Positions 18,360 to 27,788 of a stretch of 64,000 bases of DNA are shown here, piece by piece (the stretch's first letter is position 1; each line of letters starts with the position of its first letter). The translations under genes were made by a program, and so were the position numbers. The stretch is from NCBI GenBank assembly GCA_017468925.1, contig JAFUHI010000009.1:201874-265873 (forward strand), read 5' to 3'. The notes under the pieces were generated by a model. That model worked only from the letters and a program-made list of their open reading frames with translations, searched no databases and was not told the origin of the DNA. Source of the stretch: Bacilli bacterium. Lineage in GTDB: Bacteria > Bacillota_I > Bacilli_A > RFN20 > CAG-826.

Positions 18360-19412
18360 ATGGTTAAGAGCAATCCGTTTAGCTTGATGTATGGAAGAAT
18401 CCCATCAAGCATTATTGAAAGAACCGCAGAGTTCAAAACAATAATCAACACTTTCACTAGCGATACTCCAAGCACGCTTGCATATACGATTACAGGAATT
18501 AGAGGTGCAGGCAAAACGGTTTTATTACGAGCAATCGCAAGGGAATTGCAAGAAAAAAATGATTTCTTGGTGGTTGATTTGAATGCGCAAGAAGAAATGA
18601 TCAGCTCTTTTGGGCAAAAACTATTTTACGAAGGAAGAAGAATTAAATTATTTTTCGATTTCAATCTCACCATCGATTTTAAATATGTTCAACTTGAAAT
18701 TGGCAAAGATGACAAGATTAACAATCCTGAAGTAATAGGGGAAAGATTGATAAAAGATCTAGAAAAGAAAAATAAGCGGATCTTGATCACAATTGATGAA
18801 GTCAACAACACGCAAGACATTAAAAAGTTTGCAAATTTCTATCAGTCAATGGTTGGGAAAGGTTACCATGTTTTCTTGCTAATGACTGGATTAAAAAACA
18901 ACATTGACGTTCTCGTCGAATCAAGTGCGACTAGTTTTTTATCAAGAACGCCAAAGATAACGCTCAAGCCTTTGGATTTGGTGGATATAGCAAAAGAATA
19001 CAAAAAGGTATTCTCTATCGATGATGTCAAAGCGTTCTCGCTAGCAAAGCTAACAAAAGGATATGCATTTGCATACCAAGTACTCGGCTATCATTTCTAT
19101 GAATCTGCGTCTAGAGAAATAGACGATGAGTTGTTGGACCAATATGACGAGTATCTTAGAAAAAATGGCTATGGCGTCATCTGGAACGAATTGACGGATA
19201 GAGAAAAAGGGCTGTGCATTGCCATCCATAATTCGAACAGCAAAGACACAAACGATATTATGAATTTAGCCGATTTGAAGGAAAGCAATTACCAAAATTA
19301 TCGATCCAGCCTCATCAGCAAAGGAATCATTGAAGTTGTTGGCTACGGCAAGGTTGATTTTGCTCTACCGAGATTCGATGAATTCATCCAATCCATATCG
19401 GTTTATTTTTAA
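18360..19412 (+). CDS. P-loop NTPase (archaeal-ATPase / AAA-like) with a C-terminal winged-HTH-like region
   Basis: Walker A 'GIRGAGKT' and Walker B 'ILITIDEV'. A GGAGG RBS precedes the ATG at 18360. Confidence 0.7.
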   Translation: MVKSNPFSLMYGRIPSSIIERTAEFKTIINTFTSDTPSTLAYTITGIRGAGKTVLLRAIARELQEKNDFLVVDLNAQEEMISSFGQKLFYEGRRIKLFFDFNLTIDFKYVQLEIGKDDKINNPEVIGERLIKDLEKKNKRILITIDEVNNTQDIKKFANFYQSMVGKGYHVFLLMTGLKNNIDVLVESSATSFLSRTPKITLKPLDLVDIAKEYKKVFSIDDVKAFSLAKLTKGYAFAYQVLGYHFYESASREIDDELLDQYDEYLRKNGYGVIWNELTDREKGLCIAIHNSNSKDTNDIMNLADLKESNYQNYRSSLISKGIIEVVGYGKVDFALPRFDEFIQSISVYF

Positions 19413-19514
19413 AGCCGCAAATCTATAAGTGATACATTCAAAACCACCTAAATGTTGATTTATTTTATTGACTGATTTTGTCAAAACCTCTAGAGTTTTG
19501 AAAGAAGGGTTTTT

Positions 19515-20384
19515 ATGGGTGAATTTGATTATTCTTTAGAAAAAAGACTGAAAGAGCTTGATAAGGATTTACACGATAGGTTTGTTAACACCGTCTTTGC
19601 GGTTCAGCATATTCTTTCAAACTATAAACTCATTTTCCCAGAATTCACCGACCATACCGAATTACATTCACTAAACATCATCGAATTCTGCAATTACTTA
19701 ATCGGTGACCAGGTCAATAAATTGAATGCAGATGAGATATATTCGATTTTGGTTGGCTGCTATTTCCACGACAGCGGAATGGGAATAAGCATGAGAGATT
19801 ATGAGGAATTCTCCAAAAACATCGATTTCAAAGATTATTTCCAAACACATTCAAAGGATGATATACCCCAAATTATCAGGGCGTTCCATAATGAATATTC
19901 TGGCCAATTCATCAAAAAATATTCAAGATTCTTTGAATTCCCTTCAAAAGAGCATATGTTTGCGATAATCCAGATTTCTAGAGGACATCGCAAAACTGAT
20001 TTGAATGATAGAGAAGAATATCCGCTTAATCTGAAGGTCCCAAATGGCAACACGATTTGCTTGCCTTATCTTTCCGCAGTCGTGCGTTTAGCGGATGAAA
20101 TAGATGTCACGGCCTCAAGAAACTCCCACGCGATATATGATTTAAACAAAATCACCCATGAAATAGATTTGATCGAATTCATGAAGCATGATGCGGTAAA
20201 AGGGTTAGAAATACATGAGAAAGAATTCATCATGAAGGTCGAAACCGATGATGAATTGATATTCAAAGGGCTTGAAATGGTAGCAATGAAGATGCAGAAG
20301 ACCTTAGACTATTGCCGAGAAGTCGTAAACGGCAAAACGCCTTACGAGATAACCCAAGAGAAAGTTGTCTTGGTCAAGATTTGA
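19515..20384 (+). CDS. HD-domain protein (predicted metal-dependent phosphohydrolase)
   Basis: 'HSLNII' ... 'CYFHDSGM' (H...HD) ... 'RLADEID'. Confidence 0.65.
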   Translation: MGEFDYSLEKRLKELDKDLHDRFVNTVFAVQHILSNYKLIFPEFTDHTELHSLNIIEFCNYLIGDQVNKLNADEIYSILVGCYFHDSGMGISMRDYEEFSKNIDFKDYFQTHSKDDIPQIIRAFHNEYSGQFIKKYSRFFEFPSKEHMFAIIQISRGHRKTDLNDREEYPLNLKVPNGNTICLPYLSAVVRLADEIDVTASRNSHAIYDLNKITHEIDLIEFMKHDAVKGLEIHEKEFIMKVETDDELIFKGLEMVAMKMQKTLDYCREVVNGKTPYEITQEKVVLVKI

Positions 20385-20451
20385 TTTTTGTCATTAGACA
20401 ATCAATTTACGTATATCTATAATAATCTACTCCCTTAAAGGAGGGGTAGAT

Positions 20452-22356
20452 ATGAAGAAAAATGTAGTTTTATTGGTAATAGCGTCATCTCTTATTTTGG
20501 CGTCTTGCAATCTCGCAAGAAGACCAATTAAATCATCACAAATCAGCGAAAGCGAAGATAGTTCCTCAGAAATATCATCTTCTGAGAGTCACGAAACATC
20601 TGAATCATCTGAAACATCAGAAGAAAGTGCATCTTCAAGCAAATCAACAAGCAAAACTTCTTCGTCCTCTTCATCAATTTCATCTTCCTCATCCTCCTCG
20701 GACGAAGTGGTGGTTTCTTCTACCCTTCAATCTAAATTTTTATCACCCAAATTCAATGAATCAACCGGGGAAATCGAGACCTCATCATATGATTCACAAG
20801 ATATTCAAACAACATATTTTAGAGGATACGATTCCATTCCATACGTTGTCGCCTCGGATGCCTTATCATTCGCCCACACATTTAGAAACGGTGCATCTTT
20901 AGTTGATGATGGAGGTGTTCTCACCGTCTCCAATTCATCATATGTGCCTGATGAAGTGATAATAGACGCATCAAACGATACGATTTGGTTCGCGGATTAC
21001 GAACATTTCGCCGCTGATAGCGGGTCAGGCAATCAAATCGCCGCAGATTCAGTCGGTGGAGTGGATTATTATAGCTACCTCCAGCTTTCTTCATCCGAAT
21101 TATTGGATGATGACCGTTCCCTCACGTTCTATTTAGGCGATTATGGCGCGGATATTCTCTGCTATCAAAACGAGACTTATGTGCCAGCTATGCACCTATT
21201 TGGAACTTTGCTTGGATCTAATTTGGCGATAGGTTTCAATGGCCAAGACTATTATTTGGCGTACGATGCGGCGCTGGAGAATGATTCATACGCTTATACC
21301 CAAGAAGTTTATTCCGGTCCATATGTTTCAAAAAGGACAAGGGATTCATCATTTGCCCAATACAATTATGACTATCTTTGTTTCATGTTAGACCATTTCT
21401 ATGGTTTGGCGGATGATTCTGAGTTGAAGCCGTTTGATGTGACTTTGGAAAATGAGGGATACAAGAGCAAATTGTTATCCACGAATGTATCAACATACAA
21501 CAAAGCTTTGTTTGATTTCGTTGAAACCGTCCTCGATGAAGGACATTCGCATACCGATTATAACTCCTATTACAACACCTCATACGCTGTCTCTGGGTGG
21601 TCATCGCAATCAGGAGTCAGGAATTCAGAGATAATTAACGCTCGTAATGATGTACGTTCTGCTAGAGGCAGAAACACAGCAGGTTATTTCACTTATGGTG
21701 ATGTTGCAGTACTTCGCTTTGACGCTTTCCAAGACAATTTCTCCGGCAAACAATACGTTTCTTACGTCGACGATCCTACACAAGATGATTTCGATGTGTT
21801 CTCTTTTTTCTATTCCTCATTTGAAAAAATCCAGGCGAATTCCAGCATAAATAATGTTGTGATTGATTTGTCGATGAATGGCGGAGGAGAAGTGGGATCG
21901 CTCTTTGGTGCGATTGGTTTCTTGGGTGGCTCTTTCTCGACCTCAATCACCAATCCTTTGACTGGGTCTATCATGCACGAGACATACAAAGTCGACACCA
22001 ATCTAGATGGGAAATTCAATTCCAGCGATGGATTTAAGGGCCAATACAATTTCTATATCCTCACCTCCGGATACTCATATTCCTGCGCTTCATTCATGCC
22101 TGAACTATGCAAAGAGAATGGTATCGCTACACCTATTGGACATAAATCAGGTGGTGGAGCGTGCTCCGTAGGATATTTTGCTTCAATCGATGGGGCAATG
22201 GGCTGGATGAGCTCAAACATGCTTGCGGCTTATAAGCAAAGCGATGGCTCATATATCAATTACGAGCATGGATATCCAGTCGAAAGCAAGTATCAATTCG
22301 ATTACAGCAATTACTTCACCTTAAGCAAATTGGCGGCAAAAGTTGACAGTTTCTAA
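20452..22356 (+). CDS. Lipoprotein with a Ser-rich linker and a peptidase-S41-like C-terminal domain
   Basis: Lipobox 'LILASC|N' and a poly-Ser/Glu linker. 'VVIDLSMNGGGEV' resembles the S41 'DLRxNxGG' block. Confidence 0.6.
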   Translation: MKKNVVLLVIASSLILASCNLARRPIKSSQISESEDSSSEISSSESHETSESSETSEESASSSKSTSKTSSSSSSISSSSSSSDEVVVSSTLQSKFLSPKFNESTGEIETSSYDSQDIQTTYFRGYDSIPYVVASDALSFAHTFRNGASLVDDGGVLTVSNSSYVPDEVIIDASNDTIWFADYEHFAADSGSGNQIAADSVGGVDYYSYLQLSSSELLDDDRSLTFYLGDYGADILCYQNETYVPAMHLFGTLLGSNLAIGFNGQDYYLAYDAALENDSYAYTQEVYSGPYVSKRTRDSSFAQYNYDYLCFMLDHFYGLADDSELKPFDVTLENEGYKSKLLSTNVSTYNKALFDFVETVLDEGHSHTDYNSYYNTSYAVSGWSSQSGVRNSEIINARNDVRSARGRNTAGYFTYGDVAVLRFDAFQDNFSGKQYVSYVDDPTQDDFDVFSFFYSSFEKIQANSSINNVVIDLSMNGGGEVGSLFGAIGFLGGSFSTSITNPLTGSIMHETYKVDTNLDGKFNSSDGFKGQYNFYILTSGYSYSCASFMPELCKENGIATPIGHKSGGGACSVGYFASIDGAMGWMSSNMLAAYKQSDGSYINYEHGYPVESKYQFDYSNYFTLSKLAAKVDSF

Positions 22357-22386
22357 AAAATAGCCGGGAAATCCCGGCTATTTTTG
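22355..22386. terminator. Bidirectional intrinsic terminator
   Basis: A-run, then the stem TAGCCGGG-AAAT-CCCGGCTA, then a T-run, between convergent genes. Confidence 0.8.
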
Positions 22387-22403
22387 TTTTTATTGTTCCA
22401 AAA

Positions 22404-24653
22404 TTATTGTTGGGGTATTCTTCCTGTCGAGAATTGCTCATCCAAATTCCATCTTGTAACGACCCAGGATTCTTCGTAAGTCGCAGAGGTTATTGGGGTC
22501 TGGTCGAAAAGGAAGTCATCGGGCTTCAAACCATCGAAATGGCCTTTCCCCTCGTAATGCAAACTTCCTTCTATAGACCATGTAGTAGAATAGATGTGGA
22601 AATCGTTTTGAACTGTTTTTGTGGAGCCGTCTTTCCTGTTGTATAAAGTCGGATAGATTCTATCGATGTAGAAGTCGCGTGAATTTGTGTATAGCCAATT
22701 AACATAGTAGTTTGAGTGATACGATGGGTTTCTGCCTGTATCGTATTCTGGTATTATCTCCATATTCAAAGCTTTTTTTGTCAAATGTTCCTCGCCATTC
22801 CAATTCCTGAATCGGACGCTGGCGGTTCCAAAACGGGTGTCATTCCCAAAGACATATCCCAAATCGAACATCGGGACAGATGAAGCGGTCTCAAATTCAA
22901 AGGTTGGGTATAATACGAGCACGCTTCCGGGAACATTTTGATATTTGGTTCCCTCTTTTATGGCCTCGATAGAAGGTATCTTGTTATCGCTTAAAGTTAT
23001 TGGTAGTCTTTTATCTTCGATATATGTGGTGGGTGTTATCCCCCCTTTATAATCCTCAGGATTGTCGATTCTCGCAATTTTCCAGCCAGTTAAAGTTAAT
23101 CCGTGGGCTTCTATTTGGCCAAATGATCCACCGTTTGTTGGAAGCTCTGCCCCGACATCAAAATTATAGACGTAGGTCGATTTGCAATTTAATTGAGGGA
23201 AACGGAGATCGTTGACACTCATATGGATGAATGTGGGATCCAAAGCGGAGTCATCGTAGATGCGATAATCTATGATTAATGGCACGACATCGGTCTCAAA
23301 TGTCGGACTGATGCTGACGACATCTTCTAATTCATTTGGATCGTCAACTAATTTGCTGAAATCCGGGAGGTTATAGAAAGTATTTGTGCTATAGCCGCAT
23401 CTATATCCAGCAAAGCTTGCATTTTCTTTCGTGAATAGGCCTATAGGCAAAGCATCCCCCGGCTTAAATGTGAATATTTTTCCTGAATATTTATTCTCCA
23501 TCTCACTAGATGCCCACTCGAATGAGGAATTCTTTACGAAGCGAATCTTGTAATCTTTCTCGGTTAGCGTGGCGATTAAGGAATAGGTTGTGTGATCTTC
23601 TCCCCAATTTCCCACTTGGGTTATCGCCTCCGTGGGATTGGCCTTATCCCCCAATGTCCAACCATAGAATTGCTTAGGATCGGCTACCGATCCATCAATC
23701 ATCAAATAGTCATCAAATGTAGGCAAATCATCGCCATAAGTATAGACGCAGCGGTGGATATCGACATCATATGTGTCCAAGGCGGATTGATCTAAGTCTC
23801 TTCCGTCGTGGTCATAGAAATCGATATAGAATTCCTTTGGCCTGATGACCGGGTATAAAGTAATGGTCTCTCCATTCCATTCGCTTTGGTGGTCTCTTAT
23901 GGCAGTCCAAGCCATAGAGGAGATTGTTTCACCTGGAATATAAACTTCATCATCATATTGGTCATAATCCGATAATGACCAGCCGTCCAAGCAATATCCT
24001 TCTGGCACCTCGATATCGGTAGGTAAAGCGCTGAAGATTGTCGCGTTTTCTATTGGATCTGGCGCGGCATATCCTTCATCTGCAGGCTCGAATTCAATGT
24101 TGAAAATAGAATCTGCAAAGACGGGATTCAAATAGAAATCGTCGCCATCATCGCCTAAATCCTTGACTATATTTATCGGGCTTCCATCATCGCCTAACAC
24201 CTTCCATCCTTGGAAAAGGCCTTGGTCGGTGATTTTGCTTTGCGGAATGCTTTCGCCATACGTATAGAAGTTGGAATATTCGACGTCTTTATGAAAATGA
24301 AGGAAATATTTTTCCACTTCGAATTGAGCGTATAAATTTATGTCATTCTCAGGGAATTCAGTCAGTTTTTGAATCGTGTTCATGCTGTTTTTGAACCCCC
24401 ATCCAACAAAATTATGTCCTTCTTTTTCCGGAACTTTGTTCATTCTGAGTTTGGAACCAGGCAAACCTGCGATTTGCTTGAATAATGTGCTCCCGTTGTA
24501 ATAAGATACAAGAACTTCGCCTTCCTTTTTGTCGATGACTGGGATGATTATATCGCTTGTTGAAGAATCGGTGGCGGGCGACTCTCCTCCGTTTTCTCCA
24601 ACGCACGAGAAGAGAAGACCTAAAGAAAATAATAAAATCAATTGCTTTTTCAT
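22404..24653 (-). CDS. Large surface lipoprotein with repeated Listeria-Bacteroides (InlB B-repeat/Flg_new-like) modules
   Basis: Lipobox 'LLFSC|VGENGG'. Recurrent motifs: 'GHNFVGWGF', 'GYCLDGWSL', 'FYGWTL', 'LTLTGWKI'. Confidence 0.7.
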   Translation of the reverse strand: MKKQLILLFSLGLLFSCVGENGGESPATDSSTSDIIIPVIDKKEGEVLVSYYNGSTLFKQIAGLPGSKLRMNKVPEKEGHNFVGWGFKNSMNTIQKLTEFPENDINLYAQFEVEKYFLHFHKDVEYSNFYTYGESIPQSKITDQGLFQGWKVLGDDGSPINIVKDLGDDGDDFYLNPVFADSIFNIEFEPADEGYAAPDPIENATIFSALPTDIEVPEGYCLDGWSLSDYDQYDDEVYIPGETISSMAWTAIRDHQSEWNGETITLYPVIRPKEFYIDFYDHDGRDLDQSALDTYDVDIHRCVYTYGDDLPTFDDYLMIDGSVADPKQFYGWTLGDKANPTEAITQVGNWGEDHTTYSLIATLTEKDYKIRFVKNSSFEWASSEMENKYSGKIFTFKPGDALPIGLFTKENASFAGYRCGYSTNTFYNLPDFSKLVDDPNELEDVVSISPTFETDVVPLIIDYRIYDDSALDPTFIHMSVNDLRFPQLNCKSTYVYNFDVGAELPTNGGSFGQIEAHGLTLTGWKIARIDNPEDYKGGITPTTYIEDKRLPITLSDNKIPSIEAIKEGTKYQNVPGSVLVLYPTFEFETASSVPMFDLGYVFGNDTRFGTASVRFRNWNGEEHLTKKALNMEIIPEYDTGRNPSYHSNYYVNWLYTNSRDFYIDRIYPTLYNRKDGSTKTVQNDFHIYSTTWSIEGSLHYEGKGHFDGLKPDDFLFDQTPITSATYEESWVVTRWNLDEQFSTGRIPQQ

Positions 24654-24656
24654 CTT

Positions 24657-25709
24657 TTATTCCTCCTCCACATGGTAATTGGGTATTTTGGTTATGGTGA
24701 GATATCCTATTAGTTTCCCGGCGTATTTGATTGAGAAGGAGAGGAAGGGGCATACATAGGTGTAGATGCCATTCCTAATGCGGAACGTGACTGATTTCGT
24801 CTCGCCTGGTTTAATCGTCTCCGAATCAACCAGATCCATGATTATCGTGAAATCTCCAACTCCTACTTCGGTATAGGCTTGTGGGCTATATGTCCCAGTG
24901 ATCGGCCCTTTTCCCGTTCCTCCATATTCGCTGGTCAGATATTCGAATCTGCCATACATTATCTCGGAGTTATTATTTACATCATTTTCATCAAACTTAT
25001 AGCGATATAAGTTATTCACGGTGGACATGAATGATTGTCCGATGTTGATGCTGGATTTGAATGACTTGGCATCTTCTGATGTATCGAAAAAGAACTGCAA
25101 AGCAACTCCGTGATTTACCGTTAAATCGGAGAATGAGACTTTTTCTCGGTTTGACCTTGTTGTGATTTCTTCCGTCTTTGGGTCGGTGTAATACAGGGTT
25201 ATGACATCGATTTTCGTTTTAAGCATACCGCCGTCATTTGTGAAAATATATATGTCATCTGTTGTTGAGACAAAAGTCTCTTCATTTACCAAAATAATGT
25301 CCATGAAGGTTATATAATGTCCATCTTTAGGAGTGGACATATCTTGTATTTCTTTTATCCAAATGAGGGGCTGTTTATCTATTTCTTTTCTTTCGGTGTA
25401 GCCGCAGACTTTGCAACGTCTTTCTTGGATACCGACTAGTTTGGCGCCGGTCTCTCTTTCGGTGTACCAATCAGTGAAGGTGTGCTCTTCTTTGCCATCT
25501 ATTTCCTTAGAACCATCGAGGGCAGGATGCCAGTGAAAATCCTCATCAGACGCGTATTCATCACTGAACTTGTTATTATCCTTTTGGCCCGTGGTTTTGG
25601 AAGTTGAAGTGGTGGGAGTCTCCCCTTCAGAAGAAGGGGGATTATCCCCTCCGCATCCAGTAAGGATAAGGATGGACGCTAATACAGCTGTAAATAGTGA
25701 CTTTTTCAT
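24657..25709 (-). CDS. Lipoprotein, function unknown
   Basis: Lipobox 'LILTGC|GGDN'. It lies 3 nt upstream of the next lipoprotein gene. Confidence 0.75.
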   Translation of the reverse strand: MKKSLFTAVLASILILTGCGGDNPPSSEGETPTTSTSKTTGQKDNNKFSDEYASDEDFHWHPALDGSKEIDGKEEHTFTDWYTERETGAKLVGIQERRCKVCGYTERKEIDKQPLIWIKEIQDMSTPKDGHYITFMDIILVNEETFVSTTDDIYIFTNDGGMLKTKIDVITLYYTDPKTEEITTRSNREKVSFSDLTVNHGVALQFFFDTSEDAKSFKSSINIGQSFMSTVNNLYRYKFDENDVNNNSEIMYGRFEYLTSEYGGTGKGPITGTYSPQAYTEVGVGDFTIIMDLVDSETIKPGETKSVTFRIRNGIYTYVCPFLSFSIKYAGKLIGYLTITKIPNYHVEEE

Positions 25710-25813
25710 AAGTTCTACCTCATTGAATATTTAATCTTAACATTTAATCAATATTAAATGATATTGTTTTTGAAAAAGCGCCTCGTTTTGAGACGCTTTA
25801 GAATCAATGATGA

Positions 25814-27700
25814 TTATAAGAGTTGGAGATATGTGTATGCCTCAAATGCTTTGAGCGCGGTGATCTTGAAGAAGATTTCTCCTTCGAATTCGGCTGGGAC
25901 TCCGCTTACATCGACTCCATCAACCTCCAATTCGACTTTGGTTTCCCCATCGTAATACCAAGCACTCATCGTGAAGTCAGTGCCTAGTTTTAGACCAGTT
26001 AAGCTCGTCGCATAGTGTCCTAAGGTTTGGCGTTCTGTGCCTGTGCTATAGACATGGAATTCTTTTCCCCAGTTGAATTGGTCTTCGCCATGTCCATGGT
26101 CAAGGACCAGATAGAAGCTTTTTGTTTCGGCAAGCCCGCTTATATCCTCATTCACGACTTCACCTTCTTTATCCCAAATGCCATCCCATAGCACTTTTCT
26201 TGCTTCGTCTTCATCACCGCCATACCTATAGTCGTATATTGTTCTCGTCGCTTCGACTTCATGGTTGTTTCCATCGTTTATGTTCACTAGAGTGTCGAAT
26301 ATTTCCTCGCCATCGAGTTTAACATCCGGGCAATGGATGCCGGCAGCTCTTATTGTGTTTATTTTGTAATTGCTGGCGGCGCTAGAAGAGATGATTTCAT
26401 ATTGGCCCCGGACTTCATATTCGACATCTTGCATGTTGAATAAGGAATCAAGTAAATCCTTGGTTTCCTCCGGCAAGGAGCTTACATATGTATCGACGTG
26501 CTTATCAATGTATGTGTAATCGACTTCGATGAATCCATCTTTTGCGTGTCCATCAATATATAGAGTGTTTTGGAAGTTGAAAGACGCTGTTAAGTCCGTG
26601 AACTTATTTGTGAATTCTTTGTCGTAATAATAACCATCTATTACTATATTTTCTTCTCTTGTAGCGACATCCGCATTTAATATGGCTGTCGTGAGCGGAT
26701 CGCCAGGTTGAATGCTTAGCCAACCGAGCCTTTGGCCTTTATAATAGGCAACCACATTATTGGAATAATATGCTTTTCCTTTTTGTGATTCGATGACGGC
26801 CTTATCGACTGCGATGGACTCATACATCTCATTATCGAATACCGGCTCGAATTCAGTTTTCATGAGCATTTTTTGTTCTATTACATCGGTCTCTTTGGGC
26901 CCCACTCTCATTTGCATTATTTGGTCGGCGTCTAATGAATAGATATAATCCTCATCAAATTCAAACTTATAGCCCATATCGATAGTGATTGAAGGGAAGC
27001 CAAGGCCTGTGCTTTCATCAACCAATTTGGTTACCATTTGCAACTCAAAACCATATCTTCCATCATCAAGGGTGGTGAACACATAGTCTGCTCTGCCCTC
27101 TTTGTATTTGAAATCTCCCATCTTTGCAAACATCATTTCATAGACAAGGCTTGCTGCATCAGGATTCTCTTTGATATATGAAAGAGTTTCGTAGCTCATT
27201 CCATTGACAGGTGATTCAACCTCGGCGGTGAGGATGCTTTTCGAATAATCCAACGAAGTGGTTATGTATTTTTCTTCGTCGCCATTTTTCTCGTATGCCA
27301 TTCCGAGAAGTCTTTCGTTCTGGAGCTCGCACATTTTAAATATAGACGTGATCTTGCCTTCAGCATCTTTATCTATGGAGTATCCTTTGTATGTAGTGGC
27401 ATCGAATCCAGAGAAAGATTCCTCGTATCCATCTTCTGGATTGTCGTATATCTCATGGAGGGTGAATGATCCTTCGTAATCATCCATGTTGATGCCGGCT
27501 TCACTTAGCATGTCGAACATTTCTTCTTCGCTTAGTTCGTCGTCTCCTGAAAGTTCGGTTCTGCTAGTTAATCCAGTCCCGGTGAATGCAGAAGTTGAAA
27601 GTCCAGTGGACTGAGCGGGGTCATCTCCGCCATTTTGGCAGCCTGCTAGCAAGCCAATTGACATTGATGCCAACACCAATAAACAAGATTTGCTTTTCAT
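25814..27700 (-). CDS. Lipoprotein, function unknown
   Basis: The start is taken at 'MKSKSCLLVLASMSIGLLAGC|QNGG'. Confidence 0.75.
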   Translation of the reverse strand: MKSKSCLLVLASMSIGLLAGCQNGGDDPAQSTGLSTSAFTGTGLTSRTELSGDDELSEEEMFDMLSEAGINMDDYEGSFTLHEIYDNPEDGYEESFSGFDATTYKGYSIDKDAEGKITSIFKMCELQNERLLGMAYEKNGDEEKYITTSLDYSKSILTAEVESPVNGMSYETLSYIKENPDAASLVYEMMFAKMGDFKYKEGRADYVFTTLDDGRYGFELQMVTKLVDESTGLGFPSITIDMGYKFEFDEDYIYSLDADQIMQMRVGPKETDVIEQKMLMKTEFEPVFDNEMYESIAVDKAVIESQKGKAYYSNNVVAYYKGQRLGWLSIQPGDPLTTAILNADVATREENIVIDGYYYDKEFTNKFTDLTASFNFQNTLYIDGHAKDGFIEVDYTYIDKHVDTYVSSLPEETKDLLDSLFNMQDVEYEVRGQYEIISSSAASNYKINTIRAAGIHCPDVKLDGEEIFDTLVNINDGNNHEVEATRTIYDYRYGGDEDEARKVLWDGIWDKEGEVVNEDISGLAETKSFYLVLDHGHGEDQFNWGKEFHVYSTGTERQTLGHYATSLTGLKLGTDFTMSAWYYDGETKVELEVDGVDVSGVPAEFEGEIFFKITALKAFEAYTYLQLL

Positions 27701-27788
27701 TTTTCTTACCTCTTTGCTTTTATTATATACCACCTTAAATTAAACAAAGTACGGGTTATTGAATAATTCTTGTGGTATAACATTCACC

